Of a DNA stretch of 64,000 bases, positions 10,246-19,847 are shown piece after piece (the stretch's first letter is position 1; the number at the start of each line of letters is the position of its first letter). The notes beneath the pieces were generated by a model, which saw only the letters and a list, made by a program, of their open reading frames with translations, was not told the DNA's origin and did not search any database. The position numbers and the translations under genes were made by a program. The DNA comes from an uncultured Pelagibacteraceae bacterium. GTDB taxonomy: Bacteria; Pseudomonadota; Alphaproteobacteria; Pelagibacterales; Pelagibacteraceae. Where the stretch lies: contig CACJZM010000001.1 of assembly GCA_902597895.1 (NCBI GenBank), positions 191,837-255,836 on the forward strand, written 5' to 3'.

Positions 10246-10760
10246 TAAATTTTTTCTATGCTGATATTATTGTTTGTAAAAACACAGATATCTGACGCAA
10301 CTTTAATTGCTTTTTTTGCAATTTCTTCTGCTGATAAATCAGTATCCATTAATACTTTTGCTGAAGCTAACGCATAATTTCCACCAGATCCAATACCGAT
10401 TACATCTCCTTCAGGTTCTAATACATCTCCAGTTCCAGAAATTATAAAACTTTTTTCCTTATCACCAACCGCCATAAGGGCTTCTAATCTTCTTAAATAC
10501 TTGTCAGTTCTCCAATCTTTAGCCAATTCGACAGCAGCTCTTGCTAAATTTCCTGCATGTTTTTCTAGTTTTGACTCAAGTCTTTCAAACAGCGTAAGTG
10601 CATCAGCAGTTGATCCTGCAAATCCAGCAATCACATTTCTTTTCTCAATCTTTCTAACTTTGTTTGCGGTACTTTTGATTACTGTATTGCCCATGCTGAC
10701 TTGCCCATCGCTAGCAACTACAACATTATTTTGTTTTCTTACTAATACTATCGTTGTCAT
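10245..10760 (-). CDS. hslV: ATP-dependent protease subunit HslV
   Basis: N-terminal TTI nucleophile, [27 protein letters not shown]. Confidence 0.98.
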   Translation of the reverse strand: MTTIVLVRKQNNVVVASDGQVSMGNTVIKSTANKVRKIEKRNVIAGFAGSTADALTLFERLESKLEKHAGNLARAAVELAKDWRTDKYLRRLEALMAVGDKEKSFIISGTGDVLEPEGDVIGIGSGGNYALASAKVLMDTDLSAEEIAKKAIKVASDICVFTNNNISIEKI

Positions 10761-10767
10761 ACCTATT

Positions 10768-10795
10768 AAATGGATATTATTTTATATAGTTCAAG
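10768..10795 (-). promoter_or_regulatory. RpoH (sigma32)-like promoter of hslVU
   Basis: Minus strand CTTGAA-N15-TCCATTT-N7-ATG. Confidence 0.65.
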
Positions 10796-10849
10796 GGGTG
10801 TTTAGTTTTATTGATATAAGAAGAATATGTTATATACCTTACAAAATTA

Positions 10850-11440
10850 ATGAAGAGAAAAGCTAAAATTTCAAGAAAAACCAAAGAAACGTCTATCAGT
10901 GTAGATTTAAATATTGATGGAAAAGGTAAGTATAAGGTTGACACAGGTATAGGATTTTTAAATCATATGCTTGAGCAATTATCAAAGCATTCATCGATAG
11001 ATTTAACATTAAAAGCAAAAGGAGATACACATATTGATCTTCACCACACAACTGAAGATACAGGAATTGCAATTGGAGAATGCTTAAAAAAAGCATCAAA
11101 AAACTTTATTGGCATTAAAAGATATGCGCATGCTTTATTGCCAATGGATGAGACCTTGACGAGAGTCGCAATAGATGTTTCTAACAGGCCTTATCTTATA
11201 TGGAATGTAAAATTAAAAGTTGAGAAATTAGGAGAGATGGATACTGAACTTTTTAAAGAATGGTTCCAAGCTTTTTCCCAGTCAGCTGGTATTACTTTGC
11301 ACGTTGAAAATATTTATGGTGATAATAGCCACCATATAATTGAGTCATGTTTTAAAGGTCTAGCACGATCACTAAGATCTGCTTTAGAAATAGATCCGAG
11401 AAATAAAAAAACAATACCGTCTACTAAAGGTTCTTTATAA
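10850..11440 (+). CDS. hisB: Imidazoleglycerol-phosphate dehydratase
   Basis: [34 protein letters not shown]. Confidence 0.98.
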   Translation: MKRKAKISRKTKETSISVDLNIDGKGKYKVDTGIGFLNHMLEQLSKHSSIDLTLKAKGDTHIDLHHTTEDTGIAIGECLKKASKNFIGIKRYAHALLPMDETLTRVAIDVSNRPYLIWNVKLKVEKLGEMDTELFKEWFQAFSQSAGITLHVENIYGDNSHHIIESCFKGLARSLRSALEIDPRNKKTIPSTKGSL

Positions 11441-11442
11441 AT

Positions 11443-12072
11443 TTGATGAATGTCACAATTGTTGACTACAAATCAGGCAATATCAGTTCTGTAATTAACT
11501 CTTTTAAGGAAGTTGCAAAAGGAAAAGTTAATATAGAGGTAACTTCAGATCTGAATAAGATTAAATCAAGTGACAAGGTAGTTTTGCCAGGACAAGGTTC
11601 CTTTAAAAGCTGTGTTGATGCGCTTAATAATATCAATGGATTAGTTGATACCTTAAATGAATTTGCAATTAATAATAAAAAACCACTTCTTGGTATTTGT
11701 GTTGGCTTACAAATGTTTGCAGACATTGGATATGAAGAAACAGAAACAAAAGGGTTAGGATGGATTTCGGGTAAAGTTTTAAAAATCAATAATCAAAATG
11801 GAAAATTTAAGCTTCCTCACATTGGTTGGAATCAAATTAATATTGTGAGAAAAAGTAAAATTTTTCAAAATATAGAAAATTACTCTCATATGTATTTTGT
11901 TCATAGTTATGAATTTATTCCAGAGGATAAAAAAGTGATTTTGGCAACAACAGATTATTCATCAAATATTGTTTGTTCTGTTGAAAAAGAAAATATCTTT
12001 GGAACACAATTTCACCCTGAGAAGAGTGATAAAATTGGATTACAAATTATAGAAAATTTTATAAAATTATAA
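11443..12072 (+). CDS. hisH: Imidazole glycerol phosphate synthase glutaminase subunit
   Basis: LPGQG, GICVG, PHIGWN, YFVHSY, QFHPEKS. Confidence 0.97.
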   Translation: MMNVTIVDYKSGNISSVINSFKEVAKGKVNIEVTSDLNKIKSSDKVVLPGQGSFKSCVDALNNINGLVDTLNEFAINNKKPLLGICVGLQMFADIGYEETETKGLGWISGKVLKINNQNGKFKLPHIGWNQINIVRKSKIFQNIENYSHMYFVHSYEFIPEDKKVILATTDYSSNIVCSVEKENIFGTQFHPEKSDKIGLQIIENFIKL

Positions 12073-12074
12073 AA

Positions 12075-12800
12075 ATGAAAATATTCCCAGCTATAGATAT
12101 TAAAGACAAAAAATGTGTAAGGTTAGTTAAAGGGAACTTCGATAACAAAACTGAATATGAAATGTCTCCCGTTGAGCAAGCAGGAAAATATAAAGATCAT
12201 GGCTTCAAAAATTTACATATAGTTGATTTGGATGGAGCTTTAACTGGTGAAACAGTTAATTTGGATATTATTCAAGAAATAGTCACGAAATTTGATCTTA
12301 AAATTGAAATTGGTGGAGGTATTAGAAATTTTGAAAGTATTCAGAAATATACTGATGCTGGTGTTGAAAAAGTTATTTTAGGAAGTGCTGCAATAAAAGA
12401 TAAAAATTTTTTAAAAGAAGCATGTAAAAAATTTCCTAATAAAATTGCTTTGGGTTTGGATGCTAAAGATGGGTATTTATCAGTTTCAGGTTGGAAGGAA
12501 AATTCTAATCAACTAACTCTAGATTATTTGAAAGAGGTGAATGATTTTGGTGCGAGTAGATTGATTTATACTGACATCAATAGAGATGGGATGAAACAAA
12601 GTCCTAATTTCGAAGAGACATCAAAAGTTGCAGATATTTCAAATTGTCCTGTAATTATATCTGGTGGAGTTTCTTCAATTGAGGATGTTAAAAAAGCCAA
12701 AGATTTCAATAATAAAAATATTGAAGGTATCATAGTTGGAAAAGCTATCTATGATGGTGATGTTAAATTAGAGGAATTGGTAAAGGAATTAAATGCTTAA
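12075..12800 (+). CDS. hisA: ProFAR isomerase
   Basis: [31 protein letters not shown]. Confidence 0.97.
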   Translation: MKIFPAIDIKDKKCVRLVKGNFDNKTEYEMSPVEQAGKYKDHGFKNLHIVDLDGALTGETVNLDIIQEIVTKFDLKIEIGGGIRNFESIQKYTDAGVEKVILGSAAIKDKNFLKEACKKFPNKIALGLDAKDGYLSVSGWKENSNQLTLDYLKEVNDFGASRLIYTDINRDGMKQSPNFEETSKVADISNCPVIISGGVSSIEDVKKAKDFNNKNIEGIIVGKAIYDGDVKLEELVKELNA

Positions 12801-13548
12801 AAATAGAATAATACCTTGTTTAGACGTGAAAAATGGCCGTGTTGTAAAAGGTATTAACTTTGTTGATCTTAAAGATGCCGGTGATCCCGTCGAACAAGCT
12901 AAAATTTATTCTGATGGTGGTGCAGATGAAATTTGTTTTTTAGATATTACTGCTTCAAATGAAAATAGAGATACAATCTATGATGTAGTTGAAAGAACAT
13001 CAAAAAAATGTTTTGTTCCTTTAACTGTCGGTGGTGGGGTTAGAAGTGTTGAAGATATCAATAAACTACTGAACTGTGGTGCAGACAAAGTATCAATCAA
13101 TACTGCTGCAGTTCAAAATCCAGATGTAGTAGTAGAAAGTTCAAAAAAATTTGGATCTCAATGTATTGTTGTTGCCATTGATGCTAAAAAAGTAAACGAT
13201 AGTTGGAAAGTTTTCACGCATGGTGGAAGAAATGAAACTGAAACTGATGCTTTGGAATTTGCAAAACAAATGGAAATTTGTGGAGCTGGAGAGTTGTTAG
13301 TAACTTCTATGGATAGAGATGGAACCCAAATTGGTTACGATATTGATTTAATGAAATCAATTTCTTCGAAAGTTAATATACCTTTAATAGCATCTGGTGG
13401 AGTAGGAAATCTTGATCATTTATTAGATGGCATAAAACTTGGAAATGCTAACGCTGTGTTGGCTGCATCAATATTTCATTATGGGAAATACTCCATTTTG
13501 GATGCAAAGAAATTTTTAGACTCAAAGGGAATACCAGTTAGAATTTAA
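12793..13548 (+). CDS. hisF: Imidazole glycerol phosphate synthase cyclase subunit
   Basis: [37 protein letters not shown]. Confidence 0.98.
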   Translation: MLKNRIIPCLDVKNGRVVKGINFVDLKDAGDPVEQAKIYSDGGADEICFLDITASNENRDTIYDVVERTSKKCFVPLTVGGGVRSVEDINKLLNCGADKVSINTAAVQNPDVVVESSKKFGSQCIVVAIDAKKVNDSWKVFTHGGRNETETDALEFAKQMEICGAGELLVTSMDRDGTQIGYDIDLMKSISSKVNIPLIASGGVGNLDHLLDGIKLGNANAVLAASIFHYGKYSILDAKKFLDSKGIPVRI

Positions 13549-13552
13549 TTAA

Positions 13553-14128
13553 TTATCTAAATTTTGGACCTTCCATCCAAATTGCCAATGTTGCTCTTGA
13601 ACCATAAGTAATTTTATTAACTTTATGATTTGTGAAAGATGGAAATATTACTGCAGAACCTGGATTAAAATTTTGTATTTTAACTTCGCCATCTCTGAAA
13701 AGGCATAAATCTCCACCCTCATATTTTTCTTCAGAGCAATTTAATAGGCATGTAAGTTTAATATCTCTGACGGGTGATTGCATTGAAGCATCTATATGCC
13801 ATGTATATTCCTCATTGACCTCATAGGTATTATAATTAAGGATTTTGCTAGCAGTTAGCTGAAATAAATCATAACCAAAATGATTAGTATTTGAAGATAT
13901 TATAAAATCTATAAATGGGAGAATTAGTTTTTGAATTGAAAATAATCTAACAAATTTTACTTGAGATGTTTTGATAGCCTCTTTATTTGGAGTATCTTTG
14001 GCAATAATAAGATTTTTTTTTATATCTTTATTCAAAAGCTTAATTTGATCACTATTAAATAGTTTCGAAGTAATATAAGAAGTCTCTCTCATAAACTTGA
14101 ACCTATAATAATTAAAATCTTTTATCAA
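13553..14128 (-). CDS. 2OG-Fe(II) oxygenase (prolyl-hydroxylase-like); start may be ATG 14092
   Basis: WHID (HxD), YEGGDL, IFPSF.NHKV distal His, SRATL 2OG-binding Arg. Confidence 0.88.
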   Translation of the reverse strand: MIKDFNYYRFKFMRETSYITSKLFNSDQIKLLNKDIKKNLIIAKDTPNKEAIKTSQVKFVRLFSIQKLILPFIDFIISSNTNHFGYDLFQLTASKILNYNTYEVNEEYTWHIDASMQSPVRDIKLTCLLNCSEEKYEGGDLCLFRDGEVKIQNFNPGSAVIFPSFTNHKVNKITYGSRATLAIWMEGPKFR

Positions 14129-14132
14129 CTGA

Positions 14133-14161
14133 TTGAACTTATTAAAACTTACTGATAGAAT
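14133..14161 (+). promoter_or_regulatory. Sigma70-like promoter of hisE (extended -10, leaderless geometry)
   Basis: TTGAAC-N17-TAGAAT with TGn, 5 nt before ATG 14167. Confidence 0.65.
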
Positions 14162-14166
14162 TTATA

Positions 14167-14439
14167 ATGCTAAAAACACTAGAAAGCCTAATCGAACTTG
14201 CAAGATTAAGAAAAAACAATCCGGTAAGCGATTCTTATACCAACAAATTATTAAGTGATAAGTCACTTAGCAAAGAAAAAGTATTAGAGGAAATAAATGA
14301 ATTAGTTGAGGCTGTAGAAAAAAACTCTAATAAAATTCACGAAGCAGCAGATGTATTTTATCATTTGATAATGTATTTAGAGGCAAATGAAATTAAAATT
14401 GAAGATATTATGGAAGAATTGAATAAAAGAAAAAAATGA
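14167..14439 (+). CDS. hisE: Phosphoribosyl-ATP pyrophosphatase
   Basis: SYTNKLL, KVLEE, HEAADVFYHL. Confidence 0.93.
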   Translation: MLKTLESLIELARLRKNNPVSDSYTNKLLSDKSLSKEKVLEEINELVEAVEKNSNKIHEAADVFYHLIMYLEANEIKIEDIMEELNKRKK

Positions 14440-14468
14440 ATTTTTTGATTTTGGATATAAAGATTTAG

Positions 14469-14846
14469 ATGAAAAATAAAATGATATATGATGATAACAA
14501 TATATTTGCAAAAATTTTAAGAGGAGAAATTCCTTGCAAAAAAATTTATGAAGATGAGTATGTATTATCTTTTCATGATATAAATCCTCAGAAAAAAATT
14601 CATGCTTTGGTTATTCCTAAAGGCAAATATATTAATCTTGATGATTTTAATAAAAATGCTTCAGAAAAAGAAATAATTGGTTTAATGAAAGGTTTATCAA
14701 TCGTAGCTAAAAAACTTGGTATTTCATCTGAAGTAGCACAAGGTTATAGAACTTTAAGCAATATTTCAGAACATGGTGGACAGGAAGTTCCTCATTTACA
14801 TTTTCATATTTTTGGTGGCGAAAGTGTCGGTAAAATGGTTCAATGA
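14469..14846 (+). CDS. HIT family nucleotide hydrolase (Hint)
   Basis: NIFAKILRGEIP, GQEVPHLHFH histidine triad. Confidence 0.95.
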   Translation: MKNKMIYDDNNIFAKILRGEIPCKKIYEDEYVLSFHDINPQKKIHALVIPKGKYINLDDFNKNASEKEIIGLMKGLSIVAKKLGISSEVAQGYRTLSNISEHGGQEVPHLHFHIFGGESVGKMVQ

Positions 14847-15349
14847 GTAATATAGTTCAAAGAAATTATTTAGAAATAAAATCCATTGATGGTTTATTAG
14901 AAGTAAGTAAACCAAATTTAAATTTGAATATTTTATTAATTGATAAACCTGATCATCAATTAAATAAGTTCTTCTATAAAGAAATTGGAAAAAAACACCA
15001 TTGGATCGACAGATTGTCTTGGAGTGAAAAGCAATGGGTAGACTATTTAAATAATCAGTGCGTTAAAACATATATACTTAAAGAAAATGATAATCTTATC
15101 GGCTATTTTGAACAAATATTTTACGAAGCAGAAAAGGAAAGTGAAATTGCTTATTTTGGTGTGCTAGAGGAATATATCGGTCAAAGATATGGAGGTTACT
15201 TGTTGTCAGAAGCAATCAAAATATCGTTTGAAAAAGGTTCTAAAAGAGTTTGGGTTCATACATGTTCATTAGACCATAAACATGCTTTACAAAATTATAA
15301 GGCTCGTGGAATGAAAGTGTTTAAATCTGAAAATTTAAATATTGGTTAA
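14843..15349 (+). CDS. GNAT family N-acetyltransferase
   Basis: EIAYFG...GQRYGG, RVWVHTCSLDH..ALQNYKARG. Confidence 0.88.
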   Translation: MSNIVQRNYLEIKSIDGLLEVSKPNLNLNILLIDKPDHQLNKFFYKEIGKKHHWIDRLSWSEKQWVDYLNNQCVKTYILKENDNLIGYFEQIFYEAEKESEIAYFGVLEEYIGQRYGGYLLSEAIKISFEKGSKRVWVHTCSLDHKHALQNYKARGMKVFKSENLNIG

Positions 15350-15903
15350 TTAACAGCAGGAAGTATAAATTTATCTTTATCTATTTTTTTATTTTTTTGT
15401 AAATTGAAAATATAGGTAACTGCTAAGTTTTGATACAAATCTTCAGTTTGCCAACCCAATATATTAAAAGAACTTTTATCAAAAAATATATTTATACTAT
15501 TATTATTTTCTTCAAAAGAAATCATATAAAATTTATCTTGGACTTTGTTTATTTCAGTTTCTGAAATTTTTTTAATTATACTTTCTTTATCTAAAATAAA
15601 AACTAGCGGTGTTTTATCGAGTGGATATATATAATACTGGTTACTATTTTTATTAGTTATTACAAGTGACTTTCCATTAGAAACCAAAATTTTATTTTTT
15701 ACATTGTCGTATTCGCAAAATATTTTTTTTGGATATTGAATTATACAAATACCCTTTTCAGATTTTTCGTTTATAGTTTGTTCAAAACTAAAACTTATAT
15801 TTTCAATACTTTTTAAGTTTGAGATAATATTATCTTTAGCCGATGCAAAACAATAGGATGAATAAATAGTAAAAAAAAAAGAGAATAAATAAATTTTTAT
15901 CAT
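15346..15903 (-). CDS. lolA: Outer-membrane lipoprotein carrier LolA family
   Basis: Signal peptide, FEQT, G..IIQYPKK, VSNG, TPL; follows ftsK. Confidence 0.8.
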   Translation of the reverse strand: MIKIYLFSFFFTIYSSYCFASAKDNIISNLKSIENISFSFEQTINEKSEKGICIIQYPKKIFCEYDNVKNKILVSNGKSLVITNKNSNQYYIYPLDKTPLVFILDKESIIKKISETEINKVQDKFYMISFEENNNSINIFFDKSSFNILGWQTEDLYQNLAVTYIFNLQKNKKIDKDKFILPAVN

Positions 15904-17996
15904 TTTAATAGCTCTCTCTTACCAACATGATTAGCTTTACTTACTTCTCCATTTGCTTCCATCATATCTATTATTCTTGCTGCTCTATTATATCCAATTT
16001 GTAATTTTCTTTGCAAAAAAGAAGTTGATGCTTTACCTTCAGATTTTACAATCTCTAAAGCAGCATTATAAAGCGCGTCTTTACTGTAATCATCTTTATC
16101 ATTTAGTTTTTCATCTTTTTCATCCACAAAATTTAATATCTCATCTACATATTCTGGTTCTGCTTGTGATCTAATAAAATTATTAACTTTTTCTATTTCA
16201 CCTTCAGATACAAATGGTCCATGAATTCTAATCATTTTATTTGCGGAAGTCATATAAAGCATATCACCTTTACCTAATAATTGTTCAGCCCCCTGTTCGC
16301 CTAATATTGTTCTGCTATCTATTTTTGAACTAACTTGAAAAGATACTCTTGTAGGAAAATTTGCCTTAATTGTTCCTGTTATAACATCTACACTTGGTCT
16401 TTGAGTTGCCATTATTATATGAATACCAGCAGCTCTTGCCATTTGAGATAATTTTTGGATGTAGTTCTCTATTTCTTTGCCGGCTACTAACATCAAGTCT
16501 GACATTTCATCAACAATTACAACTATATAAGGCATCGAAATTTTGTTTTTTGCGTTATAACCATCTATATTTTTTACTCCTACTCTAGTCATCAGTTTGT
16601 ATCTATTCTCCATCTCTTTGACTACCCAACCAAGAACTGATGCAGCTTTTTTAGCTTCAGTTATAACTGGGCAAAGCAAATGTGGTATTCCTTCGTAAGC
16701 AGATAATTCTAACATTTTTGGATCTATTAAAATAAATTTACATTTATCAGGACCGTGTTTGTAAAGAAGTGATAGTATAATTGTATTAATACATACTGAT
16801 TTTCCTGAACCAGTAGTACCAGCTATAAGTAAGTGAGGCATTGAAGTAAGGTCACCCACAACTGCTAATCCTGAAATATTTTTTCCCAGAGTAATCGGTA
16901 ATTTAGCTTGTTTACCAGAAAAACTGTTACTTGATACAATCTCACTTAGATAAACATTTTCCCTATAGGTATTTGGCAGTTCTATTCCAATTGTATTACT
17001 TCCAGGAATTGTAGAAATTCTGGCTGATTCAGAACTTGTATTTCTAGCTATATCTTCAGACAAGTTAATTATTTTAGAAACTTTAACACCAGCAGCTGGT
17101 TCAAATTCATTTAAAGTTACCACTGGACCTCTACTAATTTTTTTTATTTTACCTTCTACACCAAAATCTAATAGTATTTTTTCTAAAGTACTTTCATCAA
17201 TTTTATATTCAGATGTACTTTTCTCCCTTTCTTTTTTTGTGGGTAATTTTAAGAAATCAATTGAAGGTAATTTGTATTTTAACCTTGTTTTTTGATTATT
17301 ATCTTGCACTTGATTAAATGGTAAATCAACTTGCACTAAACTTTCATCCTTACTTTCATCTATTTCTTTATTTTGGAATTTTAAACCTTCATTTTTACTT
17401 TCTTCTTTTTTATTTATTATAACAATTCCGAAAATTTTTTTAATAAAACTTAAAAAATGAAATAAATTAAAGTTTATGCTAATTAAAAAAAACAAAAGAG
17501 TAATCAAAATTAAAAAATAAAATGATATAGTTTTATTTATATTTACTATTGAACTTAAAAAAGTATCTTGAAGTAAATTTCCTATGAAACCTCCATTTCC
17601 ATTAAAAGTTAACCAAAAGGAATCTGGATAAAAAATTGAAAAGAAAAAACTTCCACTTATTAAGTATATTAAAGAAAAAAATAAATTTTCAATTATTAAT
17701 AATATTTTTTTATATCTAATTACATTTATTCCTGTAAAAAAAATTGTTAAGCATAATAGAATAGAAATAAGACCTAAGGACTGAAACAATAAATCTGAAG
17801 CAAAGCTTCCTTGAAAGCCTAAAATATTTTTTATTTCAATATTTTCAGAATATATAAAATTAGGATCTTCTGGAGAATAACTTAATAATGATATTGCAAT
17901 TAATACTGAAATAATACTTAAAGTTAATCCTATCAACTCTTTCAATCTATCTGTGATAAAATTAACTGTTTTATTTGCAAAATTTCTTAAATTCAT
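15900..17996 (-). CDS. ftsK: DNA translocase FtsK
   Basis: N-terminal TM region, PHLLIAGTTGSGKS, IDPKMLEL, ATQRPSVDVITG, gamma domain QRKLQIGYNRAA. Confidence 0.98.
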   Translation of the reverse strand: MNLRNFANKTVNFITDRLKELIGLTLSIISVLIAISLLSYSPEDPNFIYSENIEIKNILGFQGSFASDLLFQSLGLISILLCLTIFFTGINVIRYKKILLIIENLFFSLIYLISGSFFFSIFYPDSFWLTFNGNGGFIGNLLQDTFLSSIVNINKTISFYFLILITLLFFLISINFNLFHFLSFIKKIFGIVIINKKEESKNEGLKFQNKEIDESKDESLVQVDLPFNQVQDNNQKTRLKYKLPSIDFLKLPTKKEREKSTSEYKIDESTLEKILLDFGVEGKIKKISRGPVVTLNEFEPAAGVKVSKIINLSEDIARNTSSESARISTIPGSNTIGIELPNTYRENVYLSEIVSSNSFSGKQAKLPITLGKNISGLAVVGDLTSMPHLLIAGTTGSGKSVCINTIILSLLYKHGPDKCKFILIDPKMLELSAYEGIPHLLCPVITEAKKAASVLGWVVKEMENRYKLMTRVGVKNIDGYNAKNKISMPYIVVIVDEMSDLMLVAGKEIENYIQKLSQMARAAGIHIIMATQRPSVDVITGTIKANFPTRVSFQVSSKIDSRTILGEQGAEQLLGKGDMLYMTSANKMIRIHGPFVSEGEIEKVNNFIRSQAEPEYVDEILNFVDEKDEKLNDKDDYSKDALYNAALEIVKSEGKASTSFLQRKLQIGYNRAARIIDMMEANGEVSKANHVGKRELLK

Positions 17997-18020
17997 TTTA
18001 TAAAAGTATTAATTGATACT

Positions 18021-18049
18021 TTGTACCATTTTATATTTATTGTTAAAAT
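18021..18049 (+). promoter_or_regulatory. Sigma70-like promoter of ubiquinone hydroxylase gene
   Basis: TTGTAC-N17-TAAAAT with TGn; ATG at 18060. Confidence 0.55.
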
Positions 18050-18059
18050 ATATTTAAAT

Positions 18060-19151
18060 ATGAATATTGCATTAATTGGAAATAGCTTGGCAAACTTAGT
18101 TTTATCAAAATTTTTAATAAAAAAAGGGATCAAAGTTTGTTTATATCATTCTAAAAATAATTTTAAAATTTCACCAACAAGGACAATTGCAATAAGCAAA
18201 AGTAACGTTAACTTTTTGCAAGATATTGGTTTAGACATATCAAAATTTAGTTGGCCTATTAAAAATATTAAAATTTTTAATGAAAAAAATAAATCAAAAG
18301 AATTGTTTAACTTTAAAAATAAGGATAAATATTTGTTTTTATTGGTTAGAAACAAATCTTTCTTTTCTTTTTTAGAAAAAAACCTAAAAAAAAATAAAAA
18401 TTTTTCTACGAAAACTATAAGTAAAAGTTTTAAATATAAAAGATTAATCAATGATCAGTATGATTTAATAATTAATAGTGACTCTAAAAATATCTTATCG
18501 AAAGCATATTTTTCCAAAAGAATAAAAAAAAATTATAATAGTAAAGCTATTACAACTATAATTAATCATCAGGTTAATAAAAATGATTGTGCTTATCAGG
18601 TATTTACAAAATTTGGACCACTTGCTTTTCTACCATACTCGAAAAATAAAACTTCTGTTGTTTTTTCATTTAATAATTCCAGTAAAGAAATTTCAGATCA
18701 TCAAATAAAAGATATAATATCGAAATATAATAAATTTTATAAACTAAAATCATTCTCAATATTTGAAAAATTTAATTTAGATTTATCATTATCAAAAAAT
18801 TATTATTATAAAAATATATTAGGTTTTTCTGATAATTTACATAAAATTCATCCTTTAGCTGGCCAAGGTTTTAATATGACATTGAGAGATATAAAAATTT
18901 TTGGCGATATAGTTGAAAAAAAATTAGAACTTGGATTACCTTTAGACAACAGTGTTCTCAAAGATTTTTGCAAAGAAACAAAACACTTGAACCAAATATT
19001 TTCTACAGGAATAGATTTAATTTATGAATTTTTCAAATTAGAAAATAAAATAGATAATATTTATACAGATAAAATTATAAAGTATTTTAGTAATAACAAA
19101 TTTTTTAATACTCAGATACCCAAGTTTGCTGATAAAGGATTATTTTTTTAG
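18060..19151 (+). CDS. UbiH/UbiL/COQ6-family FAD hydroxylase (ubiquinone biosynthesis); start likely ATG 18060
   Basis: RTIAIS, AYQVFTKFGPLAFLP, HKIHPLAGQGFNMTLRD. Confidence 0.85.
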   Translation: MNIALIGNSLANLVLSKFLIKKGIKVCLYHSKNNFKISPTRTIAISKSNVNFLQDIGLDISKFSWPIKNIKIFNEKNKSKELFNFKNKDKYLFLLVRNKSFFSFLEKNLKKNKNFSTKTISKSFKYKRLINDQYDLIINSDSKNILSKAYFSKRIKKNYNSKAITTIINHQVNKNDCAYQVFTKFGPLAFLPYSKNKTSVVFSFNNSSKEISDHQIKDIISKYNKFYKLKSFSIFEKFNLDLSLSKNYYYKNILGFSDNLHKIHPLAGQGFNMTLRDIKIFGDIVEKKLELGLPLDNSVLKDFCKETKHLNQIFSTGIDLIYEFFKLENKIDNIYTDKIIKYFSNNKFFNTQIPKFADKGLFF

Positions 19152-19793
19152 TTATTGAACAGTCTTATTGTTAAAGTTATCTAAAATATAAGTATTCAAA
19201 ATTTCCTCAAGTTTTTTTCGTCTTTCGCTAATATTTTTTGATTCAAGAAGAATTTGTTTTTCTTCTAGAGAAAAAGGTGAAGCCATAGCTAAAGCATTTA
19301 GTGTTTCATTTAAGTCTTCTTTTTCTAATTCTTTCCAATTTATTATATATCCTTCTTTATCAAATAAAGATTTTAGATTTTGAAATATTAACCTTAGATC
19401 TGAAAAATTCACTTTCTCTTTAGATTTATTAAAATCCTCAGTAAAATCTGAAAAATCTACTTTGCATTTTCTGTACAAATCATCAGATTTTATTTCGTCT
19501 AAAATTTTAAACCTACTAATACCTGAAAGTGCTATTAAATATCTACCGTCTTCAGTCTCATTAAAACTAGTTATTTTTCCAGCGCATCCAATTTGATATA
19601 AAGTTGGTTTTTGTTTATTTTTTTCTTTAGGCTGAACCATTCCAATAATTCTATCACCACTCATCGAGTCATTTATCATTTCTAGGTACCTTTTTTCAAA
19701 TATATTGAGTGGAACAGTTGTTTTGGGAAAAAAAATAAAATTACTTAAAGGAAATACTGGTATTATATCAGGTAAATTAATTGTTTTATTCAT
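19152..19793 (-). CDS. LON peptidase substrate-binding domain protein (no protease domain)
   Basis: IPVFPL, PLNIFEKRY, IGCAGKI, DGRYLI, EKQILLE. Confidence 0.92.
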   Translation of the reverse strand: MNKTINLPDIIPVFPLSNFIFFPKTTVPLNIFEKRYLEMINDSMSGDRIIGMVQPKEKNKQKPTLYQIGCAGKITSFNETEDGRYLIALSGISRFKILDEIKSDDLYRKCKVDFSDFTEDFNKSKEKVNFSDLRLIFQNLKSLFDKEGYIINWKELEKEDLNETLNALAMASPFSLEEKQILLESKNISERRKKLEEILNTYILDNFNNKTVQ

Positions 19794-19847
19794 ACATTAT
19801 AAATATAACAAATTTATTTTATGAAATATAAAAAAAATTGTCGCTAA

